DNA of 62,817 bases, counting the filler. It is 4 parts of 4 records of this genome, joined end to end, with 100 filler letters (N's around TTAATTAATTAA, not from the genome) between each part and the next. Parts side by side here need not be neighbours in the genome. Positions count along the whole stretch, not along the records: positions 1 to 15,900 come from SRR16203515_1227; 3 more parts are not named here. The stretch is one strand, 5' to 3'. Position numbers and translations under genes: made by a program. The notes under the pieces are model-generated. The model saw only the letters and a list, made by a program, of their open reading frames with translations, was not told the origin of the DNA and did not search any database. This document shows, piece by piece, positions 1 to 9,287 of this stretch (positions within the stretch are counted from its first letter, which is position 1; each line of letters opens with the position of its first letter).

Positions 1-576
1 CGCATCTTCTAACGCTTCACCACTGAAATAGTAGGTCGCGCCAATCTGACGAGATTTAAGAATATTACGCGTACGTTGGTGCAGGTTGTTACGCATGGTG
101 TGCTGATATTCAAAGAGTGATTCATGCCAGGTCGCGAAGTTCTCTTTGGTGAGTTCAGCAATATTGTTCTTCTTTTTGCTCTTCTTCTTTTTCTGCTTGT
201 CGTCGCTCTTAGTTGAACGCGCCTTTTTACTGTGAGTATTCGGTGCAGGTTGTGTTTCATTCGTGGCGTGTTTCTCAGCCACTGGCTGAGTTTGAGCGTG
301 GTGTTTTTTGAGTTGAACGTGGTGCTTGATGAGCCTATCAAGCATATCGAGCTGGCCTTTGGTGGGGTTTTCCAACTCAAGCAGGGTTTCAATTCTGCGC
401 GCTATCGATTCATCTATCGTTTGCTCGCGCAGCATGTCACGCCATCCGTATTTGTCAGCCCAGTGATAAAGAATTCGGGTGCTGTTCAAACCTAATTCGG
501 AAGCGATTTCTTTGGGTGTCCAAGCCTTTAAATACAGGGCTCGGGCTGCATGTCGTGTTTCGGAAGTATATGCCAT
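1..576 (-). CDS. Terminase ATPase subunit (P2 gpP-like), N-terminal 192 codons, open at the window edge
   Basis: Manual translation, absent from the ORF track: MAYTSETRHAARALYLKAWTPKEIASELGL...RNILKSRQIGATYYFSGEALEDA. Contains an N-terminal HTH-like region and the terminase Walker A motif KSRQIGAT. Confidence 0.92.
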   Translation of the reverse strand, partial: MAYTSETRHAARALYLKAWTPKEIASELGLNSTRILYHWADKYGWRDMLREQTIDESIARRIETLLELENPTKGQLDMLDRLIKHHVQLKKHHAQTQPVAEKHATNETQPAPNTHSKKARSTKSDDKQKKKKSKKKNNIAELTKENFATWHESLFEYQHTMRNNLHQRTRNILKSRQIGATYYFSGEALEDA

Positions 577-750
577 GAGCCCATCATAAGCTCTGTTAAC
601 CTCCTAAATTGCATAGCAAAGTTCGGATGGATTCCGATATCGCTCCTATCCGAATTGGTCGGAATTGAAGTGGCTGAAAGGGTCGATTCAAAGGCGTATT
701 GTGAAACCTCAAAACACGAACTGACCAATGAAAATTAGGTAAACACTCAA
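577..750. promoter_or_regulatory. Divergent late promoter region between terminase and scaffold genes
   Basis: Position matches the P2 pP/pO region. TCGGA/TCCGA pentamers at 623, 633, 649 and 659 form interleaved dyads. Confidence 0.55.
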
Positions 751-2706
751 ATGGCAAAAATCAGTGATTGGAAAATTGTAGCAACAGAAGGGCCAACGGT
801 TGATGGTCGTAAGATCACCCGAGAATGGCTCACGCAGATTGCCGACAATTATGCCCCGAGTGAATACACCGCATTGATTTGGCCAGAGCATAAACGCTTT
901 GCAGGTTACGGCAGTAACTGGGGCAAAGTACTTGAAGTCAAAGCCGAAGAAGTGGACGGCAAAATGCGCTTGTTTGCCAAGCTTGAACCTAACCAATACT
1001 TACTTGAAGCCAATAAGCTTGGGCAGAAGCTGTTTACCTCCATCGAACCCAATCCAGATTATAAAGGGCAAGGAAAGTGCTACCTCATGGGATTAGCCGT
1101 GACCGATTCCCCGGCGTCATCTGGTGTTTCCTTACTTCAGTTTTCACGACAAGAAGGCCACACCACAGAGCTCAGTTGCAGCCAATTGGAAGTCATTAAT
1201 CTTGATGAATGTTATTCCAAAACCGAACGTTTCTTTGCCCTGTGTAATGCCTTTTTCAATTCTGGTGATGAACAGCCAGAGCCACAACCGGATCCTGAAC
1301 CAGAGGAAGAAGAAGTGACCGAAGAACAACTCAAAGCTGCCCTGAAAGAGCAGTTCGGCATCATGAAAGGTGAGCTAAAAGATGAACTCAAACAAGAGTT
1401 CAATCAGCAAGCGCAAACACCGAACGATCCGCAAGCGAAACCTGAAGGTGAAGCAAAAACGTTCTCTTTAGAGCAATTCTCTAGTGAATTGGAGAAGCAG
1501 CTTGCCCCAATGACTGAGCAAGTCCAAAAACTTGAAACCCAGTTCGCAGAGCTTAAGCAAGAAGTCCCAGGTCAAAAGCCAGGTGAAGAAGGCAATGGCG
1601 TTGAGTTAACCGGTAACCCGATCATTCTCTCTAACGGCGCTGAGCTGCGCTTTCTCTCGACCAACTCCAAAACCGCGCAAAGTTATCATGGCCATGTTTA
1701 TGTGGATGAGTATTTCTGGATCCCGAAATTCGATGAGCTGAACAAACTCGCGTCAGCCATGGCGACGCATAAGAACTGGCGCAAAACCTATTTCTCCACC
1801 CCTTCAGCAAAAACGCACCAGGCTTATACTTTTTGGACGGGTGACCAATGGCGTCGAGGGCGAGATACCCGCGCTAATATTGAGTTCCCGAGTTTTGACG
1901 ACTATCGAGACGGTGGGCGACTCTGCCCGGATAAGCAATGGCGTTATGTTGTCACCATAGAAGATGCCGCTGCAGGAGGCTGTGAGCTTTTTGATATTGA
2001 TGAGCTACGCGACGAATACAGCAAAGACGATTTCGATAACCTGTTTATGTGTATTTTCGTTGATGGTGCCAGTTCCGTCTTCAAGTTCTCAACCCTTGAG
2101 AAAGCCATGGTGGACATTAGCCGGTGGCAAGACTTCAAGCCCAATGACAAAGACCCCTTCGACCGGCGTGAGGTTTGGCTGGGGTACGACCCAAGCCGGA
2201 CCCGAGACAACGCCTGTTTAGTTGTCGTAGCACCGCCCATTGTTGCCATTGAAAAATTCAGGGTTCTTGAAAAGCACTACTGGCGAGGGCTGAACTTTCA
2301 GTACCAGGCACAGCAAGTCTCTAAAGTGTTTGAGCGTTATAACGTGAGCTATTTGGGTATCGATACCACGGGCATTGGTGCGGGCGTGTATGACTTGCTC
2401 AGTAAAAAACACCCACGAGAAACCGTGGCCATTCAATACAGCAACGAAAGTAAGAACCGATTGGTGATGAAGATGATTGATGTGGTCGAAGCCAATCGCA
2501 TTCAGTTTGATGCTGAGCACAAAGACATTGCCATGGCATTCATGGCCATTAAACGGGCGACTACCAATAGCGGCAATAGCATGACTTTCAAAGCCGAACG
2601 CAGCGAATTAACTGGCCACGCCGATGCATTTTGGGCTATTTCACACGCTTGCATTAATGAGCCGCTCGATCACTCAGAAAAACGAAAATCAACTTGGCAG
2701 ATGTAA
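751..2706 (+). CDS. In-frame fusion of capsid scaffolding protein (gpO-like, aa 1-~282) and the C-terminal ~369 aa of terminase gpP
   Basis: N-terminus [20 protein letters not shown]...LFTSIE...[13 protein letters not shown] is GPO-like. From nt ~1597 it reads [41 protein letters not shown] (Walker B) and includes the nuclease motifs [17 protein letters not shown] and HADAFWA. Confidence 0.9.
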   Translation: MAKISDWKIVATEGPTVDGRKITREWLTQIADNYAPSEYTALIWPEHKRFAGYGSNWGKVLEVKAEEVDGKMRLFAKLEPNQYLLEANKLGQKLFTSIEPNPDYKGQGKCYLMGLAVTDSPASSGVSLLQFSRQEGHTTELSCSQLEVINLDECYSKTERFFALCNAFFNSGDEQPEPQPDPEPEEEEVTEEQLKAALKEQFGIMKGELKDELKQEFNQQAQTPNDPQAKPEGEAKTFSLEQFSSELEKQLAPMTEQVQKLETQFAELKQEVPGQKPGEEGNGVELTGNPIILSNGAELRFLSTNSKTAQSYHGHVYVDEYFWIPKFDELNKLASAMATHKNWRKTYFSTPSAKTHQAYTFWTGDQWRRGRDTRANIEFPSFDDYRDGGRLCPDKQWRYVVTIEDAAAGGCELFDIDELRDEYSKDDFDNLFMCIFVDGASSVFKFSTLEKAMVDISRWQDFKPNDKDPFDRREVWLGYDPSRTRDNACLVVVAPPIVAIEKFRVLEKHYWRGLNFQYQAQQVSKVFERYNVSYLGIDTTGIGAGVYDLLSKKHPRETVAIQYSNESKNRLVMKMIDVVEANRIQFDAEHKDIAMAFMAIKRATTNSGNSMTFKAERSELTGHADAFWAISHACINEPLDHSEKRKSTWQM

Positions 2707-2710
2707 CTCT

Positions 2711-3730
2711 ATGACTGAACAGAAAACAGAAACGATCACGAAAGAAAGCACCAATGATGAAAGCTTGATGTTTAGCTTTGGTGAGCCTGAGATCATGAAT
2801 CGTGATTTTACCAACTACGATTACAGCGAGCTGTATTACAACGAGGATGGCGACTATTGGGAGCCGCCACTCGATAGAGCGGGTTTAAACAAACTGACCC
2901 GAGCCAATGCATATCATGGTTCTATCCTAATGGCTCGCCGTAATATGATCGCGGGTCGTTACACCCAAGGTGGTATGCAGAAACAACAAATGCAATCAGC
3001 GGTGCATGATTTCTTAGAGTTCGGCGATACCGCGCTGCTTAAACTGCGTAACTATTTGGGGAAAGTCGTAGGCCTTTGGCCAATTCCCACCATGTATTTA
3101 CGAAAGCGCAAAAATGGGGACTTTGTTTTTCTAGAGCGTGACAATAAGCAAAAGCGCTACAAGAAAGAAGACATCATTTTCATCAAGCAATATGACCCTG
3201 TCCAGCAAGTCTATGGTGGACCCGATTACTTGGGGTGTGTTCAATCCGCACTACTTAGCCAGGACTCCACCACCTTTCGCCGTCGTTACTATAAGAACGG
3301 TTTGCACATGGGTTTTATCTTCTACGCCACCGACCCAAACCTGAGTAAAGAAGATGAAGACGACCTAAAAGAAAAGATGGCTTCTAGCCGTGGCGTGGGC
3401 AACTTCCGTTCGATGTTCATCAATATTCCGAATGGCAATGAGAAAGGGATTCAACTTATCCCCGTCGGTGATATTGCGACAAAAGATGAATATGAAAAGA
3501 TTAAGAACGTGACTGCGCAAGAGGTGATCACTGGCCACCGCTTCCCCGTTGAGCTCGCGGCCATTATTCCTAATGGTGGTACGCGTGGCGACCCAATCAA
3601 ATTTGATTATGTTTATTGTAAGAATGAGGTGATTCCGGCCTGCGAGATGTTCATGGACGCCGTCAATGGGGATCCCGAAGTGCCGAAAAACCTGCATTTA
3701 ACCTTTAACCTCGACAACGTTGCCACGTAA
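2711..3730 (+). CDS. Portal protein (P2 gpQ/PBSX family)
   Basis: FSFGEPE, YDPVQQVYGGPDY and FRRRYYKNGLHMGFI motifs; 339 aa from the ATG at 2711, directly after the terminase stop. Confidence 0.93.
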   Translation: MTEQKTETITKESTNDESLMFSFGEPEIMNRDFTNYDYSELYYNEDGDYWEPPLDRAGLNKLTRANAYHGSILMARRNMIAGRYTQGGMQKQQMQSAVHDFLEFGDTALLKLRNYLGKVVGLWPIPTMYLRKRKNGDFVFLERDNKQKRYKKEDIIFIKQYDPVQQVYGGPDYLGCVQSALLSQDSTTFRRRYYKNGLHMGFIFYATDPNLSKEDEDDLKEKMASSRGVGNFRSMFINIPNGNEKGIQLIPVGDIATKDEYEKIKNVTAQEVITGHRFPVELAAIIPNGGTRGDPIKFDYVYCKNEVIPACEMFMDAVNGDPEVPKNLHLTFNLDNVAT

Positions 3731-4103
3731 ACACAGTGACATTTTTTGCAATTTTGTTTTTCACTGCTATTTACGCTCAGCCCTTTACCGATAAGGGCTG
3801 AAGCACTACCAAAATGATCGTTAGAAAAACACAAACGATCATTAAAAAACTGACCTAAAATACAGAAACATAAACATTTCAGTCACTTAACAAACACCAA
3901 CAGATCAATACTGATCGTCAGAATTTCAATTTATTGCAATTTTTTGCACTCTTCGCAATTTTATTAGGCACCCTGTAAGCCATTCTCAGCCCTTCAACTA
4001 TCCCCTATCCCCAGTTATTCCTAAAGGGCTCGCGGCTTATTAGCTTTCTATTACGGTAGCAGAATTTCACTGAAATAGAATTGCGAAAAAATGGGATCAA
4101 AAA

Positions 4104-4130
4104 CGTCGCAGGTGGGAAAGAGTAGTGCGT
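4104..4130 (+). other. Possible cos/packaging site
   Basis: CGTCGCAGGTGGGAAAGAGTAGTGCG loosely resembles the P2 cos GGCGAGGCGGGGAAAGCAC and lies in the non-coding region after the portal gene. Its orientation relative to the portal appears opposite to P2, so the call is uncertain. Confidence 0.3.
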
Positions 4131-4176
4131 TTTCCGTGGGTTGGGTGTGCTTTAGGTGAGGTTATGTAACAGGCGT

Positions 4177-4201
4177 AAAAAAGCCACCGGATACGGTGGC
4201 T
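4177..4201 (-). terminator. Intrinsic terminator of the cargo operon
   Basis: AGCCACCG-tatc/gata-CGGTGGCT stem followed by a T run on the minus strand, just after the 4233 stop. Confidence 0.75.
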
Positions 4202-4232
4202 GTCTGTACATGATTGCAAATTAAACTTGATA

Positions 4233-4883
4233 CTAAACTTCAAAACTCTCGGAAGATATCAAGGTTTCAATAAGCTCCTCTGATACATGTATCAAAAGAA
4301 AACCAGCACAAACGAAATAATCGACGTCATCTAATTCGATATAGCTATCACTCGCCAATTCATGAGAAAACATGTGCCTAAATGAGAATAAAGTTTCAAC
4401 ATCCTCAAAGATACTGGGACTAAAATCTCGAAGTATAGTGTCTTCATCATCAAGAACATGATTAACCTGTAAACTCTCCCTGAAGTCGATGTCTAACAAC
4501 ATAGAAAGTATGTCATTTAATGAGGAAACATTGTTTATTGAGATTGTGTGCGAAACAAGATCTCCTTTGGTTACACTAGAATCACCAAAGTATTTGGAGA
4601 TTTTCTTATTGCTTGTAACCTTGCTAGCGTTTGAAAAAAATGGTTCGCCTGAATCAATAATATCGCGTATTGCCAATCTAAAATAACCTTCGATACAACT
4701 TACAATACCAATAATAGATCCGCGTAGCAGTTCGTATTGGATGTCTTCATCTGGTATTTTTCGAATCTGATTGATTGATTCAAGTAGAGGATCAATTCGT
4801 AAAGTTAGCTGTTCCCACCTATCTTTTCCTTCATATAAATTGCTATATTTCTCTCTGATTTCTGTTACGTAGTTTCTAGCCAT
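4233..4883 (-). CDS. HEPN-like domain protein, putative RNase effector
   Basis: Helical-looking 216 aa protein from the ATG at 4883, with an N-terminal 'IVSCIEGYFR' helix and a C-terminal RHMFSH (R-x4-H) motif typical of HEPN domains. Confidence 0.65.
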   Translation of the reverse strand: MARNYVTEIREKYSNLYEGKDRWEQLTLRIDPLLESINQIRKIPDEDIQYELLRGSIIGIVSCIEGYFRLAIRDIIDSGEPFFSNASKVTSNKKISKYFGDSSVTKGDLVSHTISINNVSSLNDILSMLLDIDFRESLQVNHVLDDEDTILRDFSPSIFEDVETLFSFRHMFSHELASDSYIELDDVDYFVCAGFLLIHVSEELIETLISSESFEV

Positions 4884-4946
4884 ATTTAAATACAAAAATA
4901 GTAAACAATGAAATTGACATAAAACCAAAATGCCGACCGTGAGGAA

Positions 4947-5579
4947 TCACTCTAAAATTACTTGTTCGACTCTGCCAAACTTTTCTTCTAGCCGTTTACC
5001 TGTTAGCTCATTATGGACGTTGTCTAATTTTTCCAGATACTTTACTTGATTCCTCACTATATCTTTTAAATTAGCTGAAAGTGCCCAATTACGAACATCA
5101 TTGATCTCACCTGCGATATGACAAACTAGAGTGTTTCTTATTTTTTTACATAGACGCAACTGCACATAAAGTTCATTCACAGAGTTATAGAGCTCTTTGT
5201 CTAAGAGTGCTACATCATGAATGTGGTTCTCATACTGTTTCGTTTCTAAGTGAGTAAGCGGCATTGTTATTAAAGAGTAGTTTTCATTGTCTTCACATTC
5301 ACCGATGTGGATATATATGTAGTCATTGCCATATCGGTCTGTATTTACGGACTTCTGCACGGGTAATTCAGTATCCAAGGTAACTAGTACTTGTTCGGCG
5401 ACTCGAAATAGAGATTTTAAGGTGCTGTAATTTTCTCGTAACTCCTCTGATAGCAATATTTTAAGTGTATCAAGTTTTCTCTTACTCTCATTCCTTCCTT
5501 TAACAAAATCTCGTGATTCACGAATACAAAAAAGTACTAAAGCAACAAAAACAGACAAAGGAATAATATTTAAAATCAA
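4947..5579 (-). CDS. Hypothetical protein with N-terminal transmembrane helix (prophage cargo)
   Basis: TTG start with a GAGGGGG RBS; hydrophobic IIPLSVFVALVLFCI followed by a basic patch; AT-rich. Confidence 0.75.
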   Translation of the reverse strand: MILNIIPLSVFVALVLFCIRESRDFVKGRNESKRKLDTLKILLSEELRENYSTLKSLFRVAEQVLVTLDTELPVQKSVNTDRYGNDYIYIHIGECEDNENYSLITMPLTHLETKQYENHIHDVALLDKELYNSVNELYVQLRLCKKIRNTLVCHIAGEINDVRNWALSANLKDIVRNQVKYLEKLDNVHNELTGKRLEEKFGRVEQVILE

Positions 5580-5896
5580 CCACTAACCCCCTCAAAAAAA
5601 ATACTAACTTTATTAGACGAAAAAACCTGCGTTCAAATATAGAATTTCACACATAGCTACCTCACAAAATGATAATACACACTTTTAACATTAATAATCA
5701 ACCACTTAACTCAAGGTAATACTTCATCACGTCACAAAATACAGAATTTTTCTGCATAGTCCGACAGCTGTGGCTCATCTAGGTAAGCACGCCCACGAGA
5801 AAAACAAAAAAATATCCTCAAACCCTGAGAACTGTATAAATCCTCACCATAATTTAGTACCATGGGCTTATCATTTCGATAGGTTCATGGTGTTAT

Positions 5897-6148
5897 ATGA
5901 GAGTAATTTGCCAGGAGTGTGGCGAGAAAGCCCGCATACAAAAATCCAACCGAATTTCAGCGAGTTATAGTGATTTGTACTGCTGTTGTAGTGACCCCGA
6001 ATGCGGCCACACATTTGTAATGAATCTAAGCTTTAGCCGCACTCTTAGTCCGTCTGCTAAGACGACTTCTCAGATAGCTTTTAACCTAGTCAAAGCCCTA
6101 CCGCCAGAGCAGCGGCAAGAGCTTCAAAATCAGCTTTCCATGCTATAG
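5897..6148 (+). CDS. ogr: Ogr/Delta-like zinc-finger late activator
   Basis: CQECG...LYCCCSDPECGHTF...TLSPSA motif pattern. Confidence 0.9.
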   Translation: MRVICQECGEKARIQKSNRISASYSDLYCCCSDPECGHTFVMNLSFSRTLSPSAKTTSQIAFNLVKALPPEQRQELQNQLSML

Positions 6149-6361
6149 CGAAAACTTCGGTGTCTCTGCCTCTGCGGCCATCCTAATTATCGATTGGATG
6201 GCCTTTATTTTATCTGCGTCCAACTCGCCATTATTGTCGGCGATCAAAAGCCCCATTAAGTACACACCAACTTGCGCACTATCAGCACGGGCTTCACTCA
6301 TGGAAATACCGTCAATAATGACGTCAAGCGAGCGCTGAAACAGCATTTTCTTATAAGGCAT
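6143..6361 (-). CDS. Small phage protein downstream of rep, preceded by an SOS box
   Basis: 72 aa ORF with an AGGAG RBS and a LexA box about 35 nt upstream. Confidence 0.75.
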   Translation of the reverse strand: MPYKKMLFQRSLDVIIDGISMSEARADSAQVGVYLMGLLIADNNGELDADKIKAIQSIIRMAAEAETPKFSL

Positions 6362-6395
6362 ATCTACTCTCCTAGCAATGACACTCAGAATATTA

Positions 6396-6411
6396 CTGTA
6401 TATGCATACAG
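6396..6411. promoter_or_regulatory. LexA (SOS) box
   Basis: CTGTATATGCATACAG matches CTG-N10-CAG with a TA-rich spacer. Confidence 0.85.
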
Positions 6412-6478
6412 TGGTAAACAGGTGTTTTTAGTGATTGATTCACGTATTTGATAATTTTGTTTGGTTAGAGCCTTCATA

Positions 6479-6499
6479 AAGCCACCTTTTTAGTGGCTT
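6479..6499 (-). terminator. Probable terminator after rep
   Basis: AAGCCAC-N7-GTGGCTT hairpin downstream of the rep stop. Confidence 0.5.
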
Positions 6500-6544
6500 C
6501 CTCACCAATTTTCCTGTCCCAATACAACATGACGAATCTAGCGT

Positions 6545-9247
6545 TCACACTAAAGGCCAGTCATCAGACTCAATGATTTCTAGGTACTCACTCCACGATT
6601 TATTTGGACGTTTACTTACAGTGATGTCAGATAGATTTGGCTGTTGGTATTCGTGGTCTTCATCTTCACCGGTTAGAAGTTCAGGCTGTTTAGCCTCGAA
6701 ATCATCTAACCAGCTTAAATCTGGCTTGGGTTGGTACTCTTCAACGAGCTGGGCAGGGCGAACCGTGCCGCATGGTAGGTGCTCCGCAGGGCGGATTCTT
6801 ACACTCGTTTCATCATCTATTCGAATTGAACTGCCTTGTTGCAGCGCGATTAATGCTGAATCATCAATATTTGGCGGTAAACCACCACCTACTGAGTAAG
6901 GTTCTAATAATCGCTTAAGCTGATCGCTGACCTGTACTTTCCGCGGTAGCGTACAGTTATTGACAGAACTCCGAGAGGAATCAGAGATTCCAGAAAGAGC
7001 AAGATCAAAAGCCCCCGCTTCAGCTTCATCGCTCTTTTCAGTTTTTGTTACTATCTGCCAGGTCTTAAGACGAGTCTTAACCAACTCACCTGCAGCAATA
7101 AAACCTTCTATTTTTCGCACGTCTTCACCATGCGGAGAAGCAAACGGCAGCACCTCATAAGAGTTCGTGATCAGCAAATCTTCACGCTTAACGAACGGGC
7201 CACCCTGCCCCATGATGTAGCCTTGCCAGTTGCCATGGTCGGCCGCTTTCATTGTTCCTGCGACATTCACTTGGTCAGTACTAGCCCTCGCCTCATAGTT
7301 CTCAGCAATCACAGCCACTAGCTCTGCATTCGTCATGACATGAACCGGTTTAAACGGACCAACTAAACGGTACATAGACATAAGGTAAATAGAAGCCAGT
7401 TCTTCACGTTCTTGCTTGAAAACGTATTCCATAAAGGCTTTCTTGTTTTGGCTAGCTAGGCGGCGCAGTTCTCGGTAAGTGGTAACCGGTGCGCCACCAA
7501 AGAATTGAAATTGACGAATACCCCAACGACTCTTCCAAGCATTGACGTTTTTGGCCATCGCTTGCACAGATTGTCCGGTCTCTTTGGAAACCTCTTCACC
7601 CATGGCATAGCCATCAATGTTTTTAGAAATGTACTTAGCGATGTAGCCCGTTGCTGTGCCTTTTTCTGGGTCGATATACCCAAAGTCACAACGAGGCTGA
7701 TAATTGAATGGGCCTTGAATAGACTGCTTCTTGGCTGCTCGCTTTTCGTTGCGATCGAAGAACGGGTAAAGTTCTTCTTTGTCTTCATCAACCGCATAGC
7801 GAATAAACACGTCACGCACCTTGGCCACATGCTCAGGCTTAACCCAAATCAGCAAATGCCAGTGCGGAGTACCATCATGATGTGGCTCAGCAACGCGAAT
7901 ACCAAACCAACGAATCTCATCACGGCCTAACTTGGCACGAATGCGCTGCCAAACCTTATTCAAATAAGTTTGTGCTTCACGTGGGCTCGCCCCGTTCCAG
8001 TGAGGAATGAAGCCGCCTTTCTTATAGCTATTATGGTATTTCGATGGTGTTGTCAGCGTTAAGAACAAACCTTGTAGGCCAAGTTCGTTGCCAATATCTT
8101 CACAACCACGACAACGAACCATTAACTCATGACGACGAATAGCAGGGTTCGACATGCTCTTTAAGACCATGTCCTCCATTTCAACTTCTTCGCCTGTCGT
8201 TTCTTCTTGAAGTAAGTGGCCTTGAATAAAGTCCCAGCTCTTCTTTTGCTGAACTTGATGCTCTTGAATGCAGTCCCATGAAGCATAAGGTGATGCTTTC
8301 GCCGACACTTGACCCATCGCGATAGCTAAGTGCTCGCGCATAATTTTACGAATGCGCTTTAAACGTCTAAACCACCACTTTTCACAACTCAACTTAGAGA
8401 TAAACGACATGATGTTTTCAGGCGTAATCTTCTTGTCTTCGCTTGGCGTTTTTATCCCAAAGCTACGCACCAAAGAAACGCACTGCTTGTAAACCATTAA
8501 TGCCGCGATGTTCTCACCGTTCTCGGTTTCACATTCAATTGATTGAGTTATTATCGTTTGGTATCGAATTAAGATAGACACAATTCTAAATGCCATATCT
8601 CGCAGTTCATCTTCAAGCAACTCGGCAATGATTTTGGAGCGAACCGGCTTACGGTTTTTCTCGGCTTGTTCGAAGTCGAAACAGGCTTGCTGATTCGCTT
8701 GCTTAAAGTTGTTTTGCTGAGGGCTGCTTTCGACATCGACAGCATCACTCAGCAAAGCAACCTTAGAAGTAGTAGGAAGTTGTTTGTATTGCTCTAGCAC
8801 CAACAGAACACGCCTGTGCGCGGGTACCATTTTTTCACGAATGAAAGTGTTTGCGGCAAAACGTCCTTGCTTCTTGAAGATCGAAACATAGCGATTGGCG
8901 AAATACTTAGTCAGGTAATGTGGAAGGCCAGAAAAGTGTCCAGATAGCCATTCTCGATCGGCTGGGTTTACTTCATATAATTTACGCTCAACAACGGAAA
9001 GATTTTCAGGCTCACGATCGAACACCTGGCGAGAAGACAAAGCCAAGTTGTCTGGGATTGGGGTAACTGCTTGTTCACCACCTACCCATTCAAGAAAGGC
9101 TTCATGTGATCGCTCTTGTTGCTGTTCATTAAATTCAATGCTGCTGATATCAACATCTTGATACCACGAAATAAGGCGCTCACCAGAAGTTTGAACCTTC
9201 TGAAGTGAGCGCCTGCTTTTCTTGGATGCGTAAGTTGATAAACTCAT
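6545..9247 (-). CDS. Rolling-circle replication initiator (P2 gpA family)
   Basis: FLTLTTPSKYH, HUH motif EPHHDGTPHWH, two-tyrosine YIAKYISKN, WGIRQFQFFG. Confidence 0.95.
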   Translation of the reverse strand: MSLSTYASKKSRRSLQKVQTSGERLISWYQDVDISSIEFNEQQQERSHEAFLEWVGGEQAVTPIPDNLALSSRQVFDREPENLSVVERKLYEVNPADREWLSGHFSGLPHYLTKYFANRYVSIFKKQGRFAANTFIREKMVPAHRRVLLVLEQYKQLPTTSKVALLSDAVDVESSPQQNNFKQANQQACFDFEQAEKNRKPVRSKIIAELLEDELRDMAFRIVSILIRYQTIITQSIECETENGENIAALMVYKQCVSLVRSFGIKTPSEDKKITPENIMSFISKLSCEKWWFRRLKRIRKIMREHLAIAMGQVSAKASPYASWDCIQEHQVQQKKSWDFIQGHLLQEETTGEEVEMEDMVLKSMSNPAIRRHELMVRCRGCEDIGNELGLQGLFLTLTTPSKYHNSYKKGGFIPHWNGASPREAQTYLNKVWQRIRAKLGRDEIRWFGIRVAEPHHDGTPHWHLLIWVKPEHVAKVRDVFIRYAVDEDKEELYPFFDRNEKRAAKKQSIQGPFNYQPRCDFGYIDPEKGTATGYIAKYISKNIDGYAMGEEVSKETGQSVQAMAKNVNAWKSRWGIRQFQFFGGAPVTTYRELRRLASQNKKAFMEYVFKQEREELASIYLMSMYRLVGPFKPVHVMTNAELVAVIAENYEARASTDQVNVAGTMKAADHGNWQGYIMGQGGPFVKREDLLITNSYEVLPFASPHGEDVRKIEGFIAAGELVKTRLKTWQIVTKTEKSDEAEAGAFDLALSGISDSSRSSVNNCTLPRKVQVSDQLKRLLEPYSVGGGLPPNIDDSALIALQQGSSIRIDDETSVRIRPAEHLPCGTVRPAQLVEEYQPKPDLSWLDDFEAKQPELLTGEDEDHEYQQPNLSDITVSKRPNKSWSEYLEIIESDDWPLV
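6951..6978 (-). other. P2-type replication origin inside the A gene (predicted nick between 6972 and 6971)
   Basis: Minus strand CCTCTCG/GAGTTCTGTCAATAACTGTAC closely resembles the P2 ori CCTCG/GAGTCCTGTCAATAACTGTAC. Confidence 0.8.
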
Positions 9248-9287
9248 GCTGGGCGTAGGCTAGCTTCTTTTAATGCGGCCTGTATTT

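Noticed and set aside
9-738. ORF-track calls 9-392, 232-495, 528-728 and 550-738
   Set aside because: Shadow frames. The real gene is the terminase N-terminus at 576 to <1, which the track missed because it has no stop in the window.
751-2706. Treating the 651-aa ORF as a normal novel protein family
   Set aside because: It divides cleanly into gpO and the gpP C-terminus, and the missing gpP N-terminus is adjacent on the other strand, so it is a rearrangement product.
2624-2710. Extended portal N-terminus from the ORF track
   Set aside because: It overlaps the terminase 3' end; the ATG at 2711 gives a typical portal length.
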